Shown: positions 13,860 to 30,270, numbered from the stretch's first letter. The stretch is DNA of 64,000 nt from Eledone cirrhosa (GCA_964016885.1 OZ024741.1:382540001-382604000), one strand, 5' to 3'. Translations and numbers: made by a program. The notes: generated from the letters alone by a model not told the origin.

Positions 13860-16800
13860 GTCTCAAATGACCATAAGATGTACACCTGGAATGTTCCCGT
13901 TTGAGGCCAAGCCCAGGAGAACCCAGGACGCGGTGACGTATGTGCGCGAGTACGGCAAACCACATCTATTTATTACTTTTACATGCAATCCTTCGTGGCA
14001 AGAAATTCTCCATGAACTTCTTCCAGGACAACAGCCCAGCGGTCGCCATGACCTCATATCCAGAGTCTTCCACCTAAAAGTATACAATCTAATGGACCTT
14101 ATCACAAAGGGCCAGGTATTTGGACGTGTGCAATGTTACATGTACACAATTGAATGCAGAAGCAGGGACTCCCCCATGCTCCCATTCTATTTTGGTTGTC
14201 GACAAAAATCAGATAGACGACATCGACATGATTATATCCGCAGAGTTTCCAAACCCGCAAACGGTCAAAACCGTATTTGACATGGTTACGGCTCACATAG
14301 TTCACGGTCCTTCTGGGCGGGGCTTCAAATCTAACTCCCCGTGTTTGAACAACGGTATTTGATCCAAAAAATACCCAAAAGCCTTCCTTCGCGAAGCTCA
14401 AACTGCTGATGACGGATACCCATCATACGGACGAAGAAGCTCTGAGGACGGAGGATTAACAGCACTGGGTGGAAAACATGAAATTGACAACCGATGGATT
14501 GTACCGTACTGCCCGTTACTACTCAAGACGTTCAACTCCCACATAATTGTTGAATGGTGCAACTCTATTAAATCAATCAAATATGTCTGCAAGTATAAAA
14601 ATAAGGGCACGGATGCCGTCATGTTCGGGCTTAAAGAAGAAAACCAACGGGATGAAGTAGCACAGTACTAATCAGCACGATATATAAGTACCAGCGAGGC
14701 CTTTTGGCGAATTTACCGTTTCTCAATGCACAGAAGAAACCCTGTCATCCAAACCTTGATGTGCACCTGGAAAACGACAAAAGAGTGTACTATACAAAAC
14801 AAACAAACAGCTTTTCTGAGGGCTCTGCAACCAAGGAACACAACACTTACTGCATTCTTTCAACTATGTCAAGGCGATGCATTCGCTCGCAATTTGCTGT
14901 ATCCCCAAGTCCCCTCTTTCTACAAATGGGAAAAAATATTCGTGGAAGCAAATAATCAAAGATGAAAGCATTGATGGTCATCCAGACTTTAACTTTGGCA
15001 GCTGCCTGGCGCGAGTTTACACAGTGATCGTCCCCCCCCACATCTACCAAGTATGTTACTACCTGCGTATGCTTCTCCATTACGTAAGACGACCAACCAG
15101 TTTTCAACACCTAAGAACTGTTGATGATCAAATTTGCGACACGTACAGAGAGGCCTGCCTCAGGCGTGGACTACTGGAAGATGGTGCTCAGTGGGATGCC
15201 ACTTTGGCAGAAGCAGTTGTTTCACAAATGCCACACAGCCTTAGGAAGCTTCTTGCTGTCTTACTGTACATTTGTGAATTTCCCGATCCTTCCTTCTTGT
15301 GGCTCAAGTACAGAGATGACCCCTCTGAGGACTTCAGACATCAAGCACAATTACAACTTCCTGACATGGAAATAGGCTTCACAGAGGAAGTCTACAACAA
15401 AGCACTTATTGAAATTGAAAATATGATTGCTGCAATGGGTGGGAATGCACTGCAGACATATGGGCTGCCCCAAACCAACAGAACAGGCTCCGACGTCATT
15501 TCCGCAGAAATAATTCGGGAACTATCCTACGACACTGACAGCTTGGCTACATATGTCACTGAACATCAAGCAATGCTGCTTCAGGAACAGGAACGAGCAT
15601 ATAACACTATTGCTGACTGTGTCCACTATCGTACGGGAAGAATCTTTTTCTTGGACGCCCTTGGAGGCACAGGGAAGACTTATGTCATACGGCTTCTCCT
15701 TGCCAAGGTTCGAAAACAGAGACACATAGCACTTGCTGTAGCGTCTTCCGGTATTGCAGCAACCTTGCTACCTGGGAGCAGGACAGTACATTCAGCCTTC
15801 AAACTCTTCCTCAATATGACAGCAAATGACACACCCTGCTGTAATATTTCCAAAGGATCAGAAAAGGCAGAACTGCTTAAAAGGTGTAAACTTGTAGTTT
15901 GGGACGAATGTACCATGTCTCATAAAGGAGCTTTGGAGGCACTGGACCGGACTTTAAGAGACATAAGAGACGCCCAGGATCCCATGGGAGGCGTGACTGT
16001 CCTTTTATCCGGAGATTTTAGACAAACCCTCCCGTTATTCCCAAACGAACAAGGGCTGATGCTATTCGAGCATGCTTAAAGTCATCTCCGCTGTGGCGTT
16101 ATGTCACAACATTAACGCTATCTATGAAGATCAGAGCTCGGATGCTTGGTGGCCAAGTGTCATCAGAGTTTGCTACCAACCTATTGACACTTGGGAACGG
16201 CAAAGTGCCACTTGATGAAGATGAAAAAATCTCCCTCGAACCGATCTGCACTTTAGTCGACAGTGCTGACGACTTGACAGATGCAGTATTCCCTGAGTTG
16301 AGCACTAACTACCAACATCCAAACTGGCTGTGCGAAAGGGCAATATTGACTCCGAAAAATGAGAGTGTCGATAAAATCAACGGACAACTGCTTAAGTCTC
16401 TTCCTACAGCTTCGTGTACATACAAGTCCATCGATACAGTCACAGACACCATTAACTACCCAACTGAACCCATCCGGGTTGCCATCTCAGCGATTGGAAC
16501 TTAAGCAATGATGCCTAATTATGCTTTTGAGGAATATACACCCACCAAAACTCTGGAACGGCACCCGCCTTACAGAAAATAAAAAAACGCAAAACTTGAT
16601 CGAAGCGAAGATTCTATCGGGCTGTGGAAAGAGAGAAAATGTTTTTTATCCCAAGGATGCCCCTTTGTCCGTCAACATCAGAGATCCCCTTTTCATTTAG
16701 GAGGCTCCAGTTTCAGTTCGTTGTAGTTTCGCTATGACGATAAATAAGTCTCAGGGGGAACATTGTCTGTCGCGGGAATAAACTTAGAAGAGCCATGCTT

Positions 16801-16912
16801 TTCGCACGGTCAGCTATACGTTGGATGTTCCAAAGTGGGAAGCAAAAGAAACCTTTATGCATTTGCTCCAAACAGTACAACGACAAACATTGTGTACCAA
16901 GAAGTTCTGTAA
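13860..16912 (+). pseudogene. Helitron Rep (HUH) / PIF1-like helicase with multiple frameshifts and stops
   Basis: [33 protein letters not shown]; FLDALGGTGKT, VWDECTM, GDFRQTLP, FAMTINKSQG, FSHGQLYV; ends NIVYQEVL*. Confidence 0.93.
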
Positions 16913-17079
16913 TCAGCACTGAACACAAACCGTCTTCTAACAATCAAATACCTCGCTGCTCTCAATAATTACGAAATTGTAGACATACTGCCTCTTTCAA
17001 ATTCATAACACCATACTTTTCAACTGTAAACGTTGTGACCAATTTGAGCTGCACGGTATTGAAATGCACGTTCCCCTCT

Positions 17080-17350
17080 GGTTGGTTGAGCCAGTTTTCC
17101 ATGGATTCGCCAGCGCGTACAGCATACATTGATTCACATGTCTTTGCTGCCGCAGTTGACGCTTTGTTTCACTTGATGCAGCTCGAGGTGCAGAAGTTGC
17201 CTCAGCATTTCTATGCCGCCGTAATGAACGCTGTGGTTCCCTCTCTGCATCCCCTGCAATAGAAGTTGCTTCAGCATTTTTCTTGTGGCGTAATAATCGC
17301 TATTCGTTATTCTCTGTTACTCTTGCAATTGAGGTTGCTGCAGAATTTGT
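17080..17350 (-). pseudogene. Antisense relic of 23-aa tandem repeats (STPR-like) inside the Helitron
   Basis: Manual translation: NSAATSIARVTENNE*RLLRHKK / NAEATSIAGDAEREPQRSLRRHR / NAEATSAPRAASSETKRQLRQQR. Confidence 0.6.
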
Positions 17351-17919
17351 GTTGAGGAATTTTGAGCATCCTTCATGTTTAGTCTATGTCACTGCAATCA
17401 GTCTAAGGAAAGCAACGTCACAGTGTTTATTGGCAGCCCCAGCTATACAGAATGGTAAGCATTTCAAACTACATAAATCATTAGAATGCCTACATATACG
17501 CAATGCATAACGACAAATTTACATATTTCTACTGTAGCAAACGTATGGCACCCCCGTCATCTGTACCTTTCACTCAAAGTCTTCATACATTGTCTCCGTC
17601 ATCCCGCAACGACATCCGTCCCTGAATTGCCAAACATCCCACATTATTGTCATAAATTCCATGTGACTCACTGTTGGGTTGCTGACTTCCTTGTGGCATA
17701 GTTCGCGTTTGGAGCTTCAACGCGTCAACGTCACACTTTTACATTCATTCACCTTTCATACGCCATAACATTTTACCGTTTTTACATCGAACAACACATA
17801 CTTCTTATGGTTAAAAATAAATGCTTTTTGGGTTTTTGTGGTACGTTGTTTTCTCTTCTTTAAAAAAATTATTTACTAATGGTAGACTTACACCCGAGCA
17901 ACGCCGGGTATGGCTGCTA

Positions 17920-17989
<70 letters not shown>

Positions 17990-18008
17990 CGGAAATAAAA
18001 AAAAACAT

Positions 18009-19360
<1,352 letters not shown>

Positions 19361-19644
19361 TATTATTATTATTATAAAGTACCAGTAATGCACTGTGTAA
19401 TTGCTGGCCTTGTGCCTAAAGTAGAAACAATTATTATTATTATTATTGTGGCCTTTTACTGGGCTTTCTCCACAAATGTCCCTCCGAAGTCTCCCCCGTA
19501 TTGGCGAATTTTTCATTGTTATTCTTTTGTTACATCCTCTGTATTTGTTTTTTACACGCAGAAATGCCCATTTGTACCGTCCTGTATTGTCCTGCACTGT
19601 CCTTAATGTCTACTTCATGTAAACCCCTGTGGTTAATAAAGAAA

Positions 19645-19682
<38 letters not shown>

Positions 19683-19689
19683 GTTATTA

Positions 19690-22600
19690 CTCTTTGAGTC
19701 TCAGTCATTGATGTTAGTTAACTGGAAAGTTTGTTGAGATGAATATCAAGCCACTACCTGCAGCCTCAGATATTCAGGACGTATCGGAGGGTTCTTGCTG
19801 TTCCCAGCAAGCATGCTTTTTCAAGCGTTCCAAAAAGCGTGAAGGGGCCAATTTTCTTTTTGAGATAGTCCCTAGTGCGCCTATGACAATCGGGATCACT
19901 TTGACTTCATGGAAGTTCCAAATCCTTTTTACCTCCCACTTTAAGTCCTGGTAACGGTTAATTTTCTCCCTCTCCTTCTATTGCACTCTCGTGTCGAATG
20001 GCCAGGCCACATCCACAATCAGGCACGATCTTTTTTCTTTGTCCAAAACCACCAGGTCAGGTCTATTGTGTTCCAGTTTCTTGTCCGTCTGTATCCTAAA
20101 ATCCCACAGCACCTTCACCTGATCGTTTTCTATCACCGCCTCTGGCTTATGCTCATACCACTTCTCAGAATGTGGTAAATTGTTTACCACATAGGTGCCA
20201 GTGGATCACCCTGCCCATCACATCATGTCTCCAGCCCTTATAGTGAGTCTGGGCTCGGAGTTTACACTCGGATACAATGTGAGCCACAGTCTCCTCTCTC
20301 TCTCCACAGATCCTGCACAGTGGGCTAGCCTCCTCCTTGTAAATGTGGTGTTTCAACCACTTCGTGTTGAGGGCCTGCTCCCACGCAGCCATTAACATTC
20401 CTTCTGTAGCCTTTTTAAGGTCTCCTCTTTTCAACCAGTTCCATGTCTGTGGATTTCTAAATTCAGTTTTCTCAAAGAAGGTACTATGAAGGGATTTTTC
20501 CTTCATTTTTTTGTTCTTGATGTCATCAGCCTCCAGAACGCCCAAATACTTGTATCCTTCCTCAGATTCAATTTCTTTTATCATCTCACCTGTTGGTATC
20601 TGGATTCCGTTACTTCTGCTCAACTTACCCCTCCTCATCACAATGACTCCACACTTACTAATACCAAATTGCATACATATATCATTGCTGAAAATACGGA
20701 CAGTGTCAACAAGCACATCCAACTCCTTCTCACTCTTCCTGAAGAGCTTAAGATCGTCCATGAAGAGGAGGTGATTGATGGTAAGCCCTCCCTTTCCCAA
20801 CCTGTATCCTGCTCTCACTTTTCGCAGTACACTGATCAGGGGCATCAGGGCAAGGACAAACAACAGAGGGGACAGACTATCTCCCTGGAAGATACCTCTC
20901 TTGATCTTCACGCTTCCCAAGGATTCTCCAGTTGATGTAACACTGTTTCCCAGGACTTCACACTTTTGACCAACAACTGCTTGATGTTATCTGCCACCTT
21001 GAAGATCTCCAGGTTTTTGGTGATCCAAGAATGAGGCACCATGTCAAATGCCTTTTTGTAGTCTATTCAACCCATGGCAAGACCAGTGTGTCTCCTCTTG
21101 CAATTCCTCAGTACCATCTTATCAATAAGTAACTGGTCTTTTGTACCACGTGACTTCTTTCGGCATCCTTTCTGTTCGTCCGGTAACAAGTTGTTTGTGT
21201 GGAGGTGATGGTAGATTTCATCAGACACAATGCTCATCAACAGTTTCCACATTACGGACAGACATGTGATAGGTCTATAGTTGGTAACATCATTACCCTT
21301 GATTCGGTCTTTCATTATCAGAACTGTGGTACCTTTTGTCAACCACTCTGGTACCTCACCTGACATAAAGCAGTCATTAAACATGGTTGTCAGTTTCGGG
21401 TGGAGGGATGTTATGTTTTTAATCCAATATCCCTGCACACCATCTGAGCCAGGTGATTTCCAGTTGGTTAGTTTTTTTGGCCTGCCCTTTATGAGTTTCA
21501 GCTGTGATACTCAAATCAGTTTGTTGGCGTGCCTGTTCACTGATCTCCTTCTGTACTGTCTCAATCCACACTGCCTGGTCATTATGTTTAACATCCTGCT
21601 CCCATATTCCTCTCCAGAATGTTTTAGTTTGTTCCGCCTAAGGGATCAAGTCGTTGCCTATTTCTTTCCATTCAAGCTGTCTAAACATCATTTTCTGGTT
21701 GTTGTCGAACATGCGGTTCTGTCTATACTGGCTGACTCTGTTCTCGTATCGCCTGATTTTTGCACTCTTTGCTACAATTCGTTGCTTCAGTTCCTCTATG
21801 ATATTTAGATTTTTCCTCCTAGTTTTGTACTTTATTTCCAGTCTATTTTAGTGTCTATGTTTTTTAGTGTCCCATTCAGTAGGGACTCAAGCTTTCTAAT
21901 GTCATTTCTCATTTCCCTGATTTGACCACTCAGTCGTTTCTTCCACCAAGGCTCTGCTCTTTCTTGTCTGTTGTTTCCTCTCGATTTTATACCAAGTAGT
22001 TTCCACACCGTATTTGCTGTTGCTTTGAGGATATTGTTGCACTGGTGAAGGCTCCTCGCTTCAAGGTATGGGATGACTTTGTTTACCTTAGCTGTTGTTT
22101 CTTTTAACTTTTTCCTGTCTGGAAATCTTAGGTTCATAGGTCTCCCACTATCATTGTTCAATTCATCAAGTTTAGGATATCAACCAAATCTTGTCCTAGC
22201 CTGTCAGCATTCATCTCCTCAGTGGCCGTATCTCTGTTCCAGGTATTATTTATCTCAGCATTCAGATCATTGTCTGTTTCGGGTGGTTCCTCCGTTCTTT
22301 CGACTTCTTCACCTTCATTTCCCACTGGCTCGTTTGCCTGGCATACTCCACCCTCCATCTCCAAGGTAATCTCTATGCTCAGTTCCTCCAGTTCCAGCTC
22401 GCTTATCCACCCATTAGTTCTTATTACCCGAGCCTGCCCGGCCAGTTTTTGTTCATCTAATTTAAATGGACCAATCTCGTTCCAGATGTTATTCATCCTT
22501 TTCCTATAGCCTTTCCCCTTGGGGTTACTCTTCAGGTAACATTGCATAACCTTTCAATTCAATTCTTTCGTCCAGTTGGTTCTAGTCCCTTTCCTTCGTC

Positions 22601-22860
22601 TTCTTCCTCCGACACCATCAGTATTTGGTTGACAGCCAGGTCCCTGCTGCTGAGCCAGGGAGCACATGTTGGCTGAGAGTCTGTCACATGACATTCTAGT
22701 CTCCATTTCACCGTTATTCGAACTGTTTAGGTTCGACATTTAAACACTCTTATCGAGGATTGGCGAATGTATGGTTACATAACCACCAGTGAATTACTTG
22801 TCTCTTGTGGTTTCGTCACTCCACGTGACTTTTGTGTGGCATTATCACGCTGTAGACGAA
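19690..22860 (-). mobile_element. R4/Dong-clade non-LTR retrotransposon (RT + CCHC + restriction-like endonuclease), decayed
   Basis: NYRPITCL, EQKGCRKKSRGTKDQLLID, GIFQGDSLSPLLF, HLLFMDDLKL, CRICGEREETVAHIVSEC, RHD, RPDLVV..DVA, C-terminal KACLLGTARTLRYVL; 3' end abuts (TAA)n at 19647-19690. Confidence 0.92.
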
Positions 22861-23059
22861 CCCAAACAAACAAACAAACAAACAGGCAGAAAAAACCCCA
22901 AAAATGAATAAGCATAAGTTTCATTGTAATGTAGTGTTTGAATGTCTGACTTAGTTTTTCCCTTCCCTTCTCTGTCCGTCCGTTTGTTTTTCTCTTCATT
23001 TTTATTTCCTTTACGTTTTTCGTTGTTGCTGTGCTGCTTTGATTTTGATTTTTGTTTTT

Positions 23060-23937
23060 TTTTTTGTTTTTTTTTTTTGATTTTAGCCGGGTCATCAATT
23101 CAGTCTATTTATATATTTTGATGTTTTCCTCTTTTAATGGGAATTCTACAATGCAGCAGGGGATAGCGGGAGAGAATAGCGGCGGTAGTGATATTGAGGC
23201 AGCGGCGGCGGTGGTGGTGGCGGTGCTGTGCCAGCTACAACTAGCAGGAGGTAGTGGGAGAGAGTAGCGGTGGTAGCGATAGTGAGGCAGCGGTGGTGGT
23301 GATGTGGTCGTATTACTGTAGTGATGGTGTTGAAGTTGGAGTAGAAATTTGAGTCGACTTGACCAGCGTTTTCATCGTGGTAGTGGTGGTGGTATTGGTG
23401 GTGAAATTATCTTTAGTGAAATTATCGTTAGTCGCGTATATGTGTTGACATATATCCATAATATTTAAATTAAACATTTTGTTAAAACTAAAACTTGATT
23501 TTTATTTTTTTTTATTTTTTTATTATTTTGACCAGGTCATCAATTCAGTCTATTTATATATTTTGATGTTTTCCTCTTTTAATGGGAATTCTACAATGTA
23601 GCAGGGGGCAGCGCGAGAGAATAGCGGCGGTAGTGATATTGAGGCAGCGGCGGCGGTGGCGGTGCTGTGCTAGCAGCAACTAGCAAGAGGTAGTGGGAGA
23701 GAATAGCGGCGGTAGCGATAGTGAGGCAGCGGTGGTGGTGATGTGGTCGTATTACTGTAGTGATGGTGTTGAAGTTGGAGTAGAAATTTGAGTCGACTTG
23801 ACCAGAGTTTTCATCGTGGTAGTGGTGGTGGTATTGGTGGTGAAATTATCTTTAGTGAAATTATCGTTAGTCGCGTATATGTGGTCACATTTATCCATAA
23901 TATTGGAATTAAACATTTTGTTAAAACTAAAACTTGA
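23060..23937. repeat. Tandem duplication, two ~440-bp units rich in GGT/GGC triplets
   Basis: ggtcatcaattcagtctatttatatattttgatg at ~23090 and ~23535; both units end ttaaaactaaaacttga. Confidence 0.93.
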
Positions 23938-24000
23938 GGCAATAGTAATAGTAATTATTATTATTATGCTGAGATTGGTGGTGGTGGTGAAATTGCATTT

Positions 24001-24031
<31 letters not shown>

Positions 24032-24112
24032 ATATAGCCCATGTTGGGATACATACGTTGACGCCCACACAAATAGATCCACAAACATACATACACAGAC
24101 ACATACATTTAT

Positions 24113-24175
<63 letters not shown>

Positions 24176-25125
24176 GACAGGGGGAAGAAAAAATGGCTTC
24201 ACTTGTGCTTTCAACAAATTTATTTTCTTCACAAAATCCAAAAATAATTTTTTTCCGGATTAAAAAGAATTTTCTTAAACATTTTTTTATAAGTTGAGTC
24301 GTTGGTTGTTGGTTAGGTCTTAGAAGTTCTTGGTTAACGTATGAGGTATTGTTTCGTTTTTAGAAAGACCTTTCACGCTGAGGTGCGCTTGTCAAACTGA
24401 TGTGTATGTGGTGTGTTGTTCTATATATAGGGATTTAATATGTTTGTGGTGCGGTGGGGGTTTTTTTCTCCCACTTTAATAAGTGTAGGGGTCTAGGTGT
24501 GTTGAAAAAATGTTAATAGCAGTAATGAGTTGAGACAGTGAGTAGGGTTGGGTGGGGAGAAATGTAACAAGCGCGGCCTGCCCCCGTCATTCTCAAAAAA
24601 TTCCTTTATTCAGGGGAAAAAGCTTTTAGTATTCCTTTGTATCGAAAATGGTCATAGGCAAACCGCACCTGCCAAGCTTGTAAACAATTATTTTTTTCTG
24701 AAGAATTTTTCTACGTCCATCCCAAAATTAGTCCTTTGTTCAACACACACATATGTGCGTATATACGTACATACACACACGGGCATATGTAGGAATATAT
24801 AGGCACACACCATCAATCACACACCCATGTACATATACATCCACATACATACATAAAACATATAAATACACATATAAAAACACATATACACATACGTACA
24901 CACACGAATATGTACTCATACTTGCACATGGGTATATATATATATATATATATACATACATATACATATATATACACACATAAAGATACATAACTAAATA
25001 TACACATATACACATACACACACACACACACACATATACATATGTCCGTATATATACATCCGTTCACACATACATGCATACACACACACACATACACACA
25101 CATATATATATATATATAGAGGCAT

Positions 25126-25216
<91 letters not shown>

Positions 25217-25363
25217 AACACATACAGACACATACACACATATACATATATATACACACATATATATATTTATATATATACATATATATATATAAATATA
25301 TATATATATACACATGCACATACATATACAAACTCATACATACACACATATATACACATACAT

Positions 25364-25444
<81 letters not shown>

Positions 25445-25520
25445 CATACATATATTCATGTGTACACATAAGAAGAGGGAGGGGGGTTAGTGAAATGGAA
25501 TTTTACCTCCGAGTGTTAAT

Positions 25521-25675
25521 TCATTTTTTCGTGTTCAGTAGTGGTTTAAATTTTTCAATGAAGAATTCTTCTTTATATCTGCGGAAATGTTCGTTATCCG
25601 ACCATATCTTGAAGAAAGGGAAGATTGTGAATTTTCCCTTCCCGCATAATGCAAAGTGTGCGCTATACACATTAT
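25521..25675 (-). pseudogene. C-terminal GIY-YIG fragment of another PLE lineage
   Basis: [18 protein letters not shown]...[17 protein letters not shown] resembles PLE endonuclease C-termini. Confidence 0.55.
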
Positions 25676-25677
25676 TT

Positions 25678-25707
<30 letters not shown>

Positions 25708-25708
<1 letters not shown>

Positions 25709-25905
25709 ACGAAGGAAATGTGGTAAGGAACCAGGTGGACCAAAACGCACCAAAGTACTCAATACTTAGGGGAGTAGAGTGGGTAATAGGAACGAGTAGG
25801 TCCCCGACGGCTGAGCTCAAGCCGTTTCGACGGCTAATTCTGAACGTACAGTCCAGAATTAGCCGTCGAAACGGCTTGAGCTCAGCCGTCGGGGTCCTAC
25901 TCGTT

Positions 25906-25908
<3 letters not shown>
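25708..25908 (-). mobile_element. Family B short fold-back element carrying the 3' half of an HHR
   Basis: Palindrome 25786-25850 / 25854-25908 plus a unique tail; flanked by (TA)n; related copies at 58317, 62194, 62297 and 62516. Confidence 0.85.
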
Positions 25909-25986
<78 letters not shown>

Positions 25987-26681
25987 GTCTGTGTATGTGT
26001 GTTTGTGGATCTGTTTGTGGGGCGTCAACGTATATATCCGAACGTGGGTTTTTGTGCGTAGAAGATTGATAAAACATGACGCCTTAAACAGGACTAGAAA
26101 TAGATTACCGCGATATAAAACACACCTTAGAATATATATTAATTCTTTATAATCTATATTTACGATCGGTATTTAATTGGTTTATAATATTTCGGTGGCT
26201 CGAGTAAAAGGAAAATTGTAGTAATTTCTTCAGAAGTCACATAAACTGATGATTTATTGCTATGCTATGGCCGATATAAATATGTGATAACTACAGACGG
26301 CTTTACTAGCTGCTGAACCAGTAACTGATATGCCAACCAATTAAATGTGCCGTTCAAAGAATACAGCTTCAACATAACCCATAGTCCGTATATTTACCAA
26401 ATTCTATTGCACTTGTCTTAACTGAGATTAGATCAACACAAACCTGATTTATTATTTTCATTTCCAAACGTATATATATGGCTGAATGAAAACGCACGTG
26501 ATTTTTTGTTTTTCTTATCACTCTGTACTTTATTATTTATTTCTCACTCTTTCTTCTGGTGAAAGACTTGTGTCGGAAACGTAAGACACTCTTCCATCTT
26601 TTTCAAGCGTAAAACTAATATGTTTCTTCCATGTACTGTATCGTTTGTTTCGTTATCTCTATTTACCTTTATACAATACCC

Positions 26682-26712
<31 letters not shown>

Positions 26713-26918
26713 ATTAGTACATCTACCAACATATGCGTACAGATGGAGTGAAAATTTTAGTAATTAAGTTAATTTTTAATTTAAAAATTTTCTTATTTTA
26801 CGTCTTTCATATGGTGTGGGTCCTGCTTTATCAATGTTGGTATACGTTATTGTATATTTCCAACATATATCATATATTACGCGCACACGCACACACACAC
26901 ATAAACACAAGAAAGGGA

Positions 26919-26955
<37 letters not shown>

Positions 26956-26964
26956 AGAAAGGGA

Positions 26965-27064
<100 letters not shown>

Positions 27065-27449
27065 AAATATAAATATGTGGATGGTGTGTGTGTGTGTGTG
27101 AGTGTATATTTTAAATATATATTATGGCGAATAACTACGCTTCTCAGTCATTGTTCCTATGAATTGTTTGTAGCAAATCAGTGATCATTGAGTCAAAAGT
27201 ACCTTTTAGAGTAACAAATAACCCTTGTAGTATAGGAAGGAGATGTCCTCAGTCCTACCGTAAGAGCATTCTCTGTTGTTAGAATCAAGAAGGGACTATC
27301 TCGACCAAAAGAAACCATATACCTTCAGTATTCACTTTCTAACTGTTCACGTGTTCTGCAAGAATCTTACCAGTGTTATGAACATTGATAACATTATGAT
27401 TGTAACATTATGATTATGTTCAAAAACACCGAGATATTCACACAAAAAT

Positions 27450-27810
27450 TATTCAGGCATAATCGCCCAGAAAATCGACAAAAGGACACTTTTCCCAACC
27501 ATGATATCAAAGAAGCCGGTGGTGCTGCAAATCTAATCACGCTCAATAACCGAATTGTTACAAGACCATTCAAAGAAAACCCAATAATTGTATGTTATGG
27601 CCTTTCCCCCGACAATCACTTGCCAGTGTAACAAGGTTTCACTCTATATTGTGGGACACTGTTTCTGAAGTCCATACATATGCCATGCTATTTCTTGGAA
27701 GAGATTTCATCACGCAACTGACAGCTAACAGAAATCGCATATTTATAGAAGAGTTCCTACATCATCATAATTTCCTAGCAGGGAATACCATCTCGCAGAA
27801 GCACAAATGA
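27450..27810 (+). pseudogene. Degraded AP-endonuclease fragment of an RTE-like LINE
   Basis: RIVTRPFKENPIIVCY..; NRNRIFIEEFLHHHNFLAGNTISQK resembles the N.NG..L......L...NT.FQ.K motif. Confidence 0.45.
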
Positions 27811-27832
27811 AAAACTATATATACATATGTGT

Positions 27833-27920
<88 letters not shown>

Positions 27921-28170
27921 ATGTGTGTGTGTGCGTGTGCGCGTAATATATGATATATGTTGGAAATATACAATAACGTATACCAACATTGATAAAGCAG
28001 GACCCACATCATATATTGCATATGAACATATATATATATATATATATATATGTTTCTAACATATATATATATATAAACGCACACACTCTCGTGCATGTGG
28101 GCACGCACAGGCACTCACACTCTCAAACACCTAAATATACATACATACATACATACACACACACCCACAC

Positions 28171-28292
<122 letters not shown>

Positions 28293-29014
28293 GTATGTAT
28301 ACAATTACTGCCTGCCAACCGTACGCTTGAGTTGCATTGATGTTTAATGTTTGAAAACATAACATGGAAAGGGATATTATTCTTTAATGCTATAAACACT
28401 AATTTCTATTCTATTAATATATATAAGAAATTACTAAACAGCATAGTGATTTAGCAATTTCATGCGAATAAATTTCGGTCACTGACCTGATTAACATTAC
28501 AACGATCTAATTCGGTAACATGAAATAATTTGAATAGCGGAATAGTCTCTCTCTTGTTCAAATACCCATCAGATATCCCTTGATAGAAAACATCATTGAA
28601 AATTACATCGTATTATGATCATAGTAGCACTCTACAGCTCTCCTCTACTGTTACATGCAATATTGTTTCAGTTTGTATGACAAAATATGTAGAACGAATA
28701 TAATTGTCTTGAACAATGTAGTTAATGCTTGGTCTTGTACTAATTTCTCATGTAGAGGCTATTTTATATTGTTAAACACGTTCAATGTCCTGGATATTTC
28801 CAGACAGAAACCTACGAAACTTTACCTTTACTTTGAATCTGTTAATTCCTGATGGAGTTATAGGGGCGCCATATTGACAAACGACATTTCTAGAGCATTT
28901 TGTATACCGGCTGTTGCTTATCCCCTCTCCATGTCTGAATACAGTATATCTCTTCCAGAGAAGGATAGAGAGTGAGGCAATGGAGCGTAAAAGAGGCATA
29001 GAGGAAGAAGTAAG

Positions 29015-29168
29015 CCCAGTACTGGATTGGTAATTATTTTATCGACTACGAATGATGAAAGGTAAAGTTGAAATTAGTGGGATTTTAAATCAGAGAGCAG
29101 AGAGTAGAGATCCGAACAAATTCCGCAATTACTTCTGAATTCCTCCGTCTCTGCCAATTCACCGCCTT
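29015..29168 (-). mobile_element. Degraded tRNA-SINE, family 1
   Basis: Reverse complement starts aggcggtgaattggcag and contains tttcatc..gtcgataaaat. Confidence 0.6.
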
Positions 29169-29987
29169 ACAATCGATTATACCAAACTTTTCAACTATTG
29201 TAGAAGAGCCCCACTATACACCAGGTACATATGAAGTTATTTTACACGTTGCAAATTCTGTCGAAGATTCTATTATCAAATCTTAAAGATTATCGTCGTG
29301 AATCTAAAGGCATATGACAGATGTTATTTCATTCTTTGTAGTATGAAATATTTATATACAAGTGCACCAATATTCTTTGAAAACCAAGTGAATTTGAGAA
29401 TTCATGGCAATTTCTGACATATTCCAGCAAGGAATATAGGAATAGTATACCTCAAACCTATAAGCATAGCCCTTACAATTGAATTTATTTAAAATTGCAC
29501 AAAACTGCACTGTTTCACTATCGCTCTATACACATTGGCAACATTTGAAACAATAAATCGACTAGGCTTTGGGTTACTGTAACCTAATACGTATACAACA
29601 CGTGTAGGTGCGCTAAAATGCAGCCACCAAATATCATTTTGGCATCTATATACACATGAATTCAGACACACACACACATATCTATATATATCCACTTACA
29701 TATATATATACTTACATGTATGCGTCACTTTGTAGGTACCTCTGTGAATGCGAGTGGGTATATTCTTGAGTGTAGCTGGAACGTTTAAACATTTTAAGTA
29801 TATTCGTCTATTATACATTTGTTCAGATTACATCAAATGGGATTTATTTTTATAGTTAGACAACCCAGTAAATATTGACCATGGAATAACATTGGTTGCA
29901 AAATATATACATGCCAAATATAGCAATTCATTTACCTATCGAAACTTTACTTCAGGCAGATCACGAAATATTTCCACACACACACAC

Positions 29988-30025
<38 letters not shown>

Positions 30026-30154
30026 GTGTGTGTATGTGTGTGTGTGTGTTTGTGTCTATGGACATATTTCTTGATCTATCTGAAGTAAAATATATATATG
30101 TATCTCCGTGTGTATACGTGTATATTTACGTATATATTCACATAGTAAGCATAC

Positions 30155-30270
<116 letters not shown>

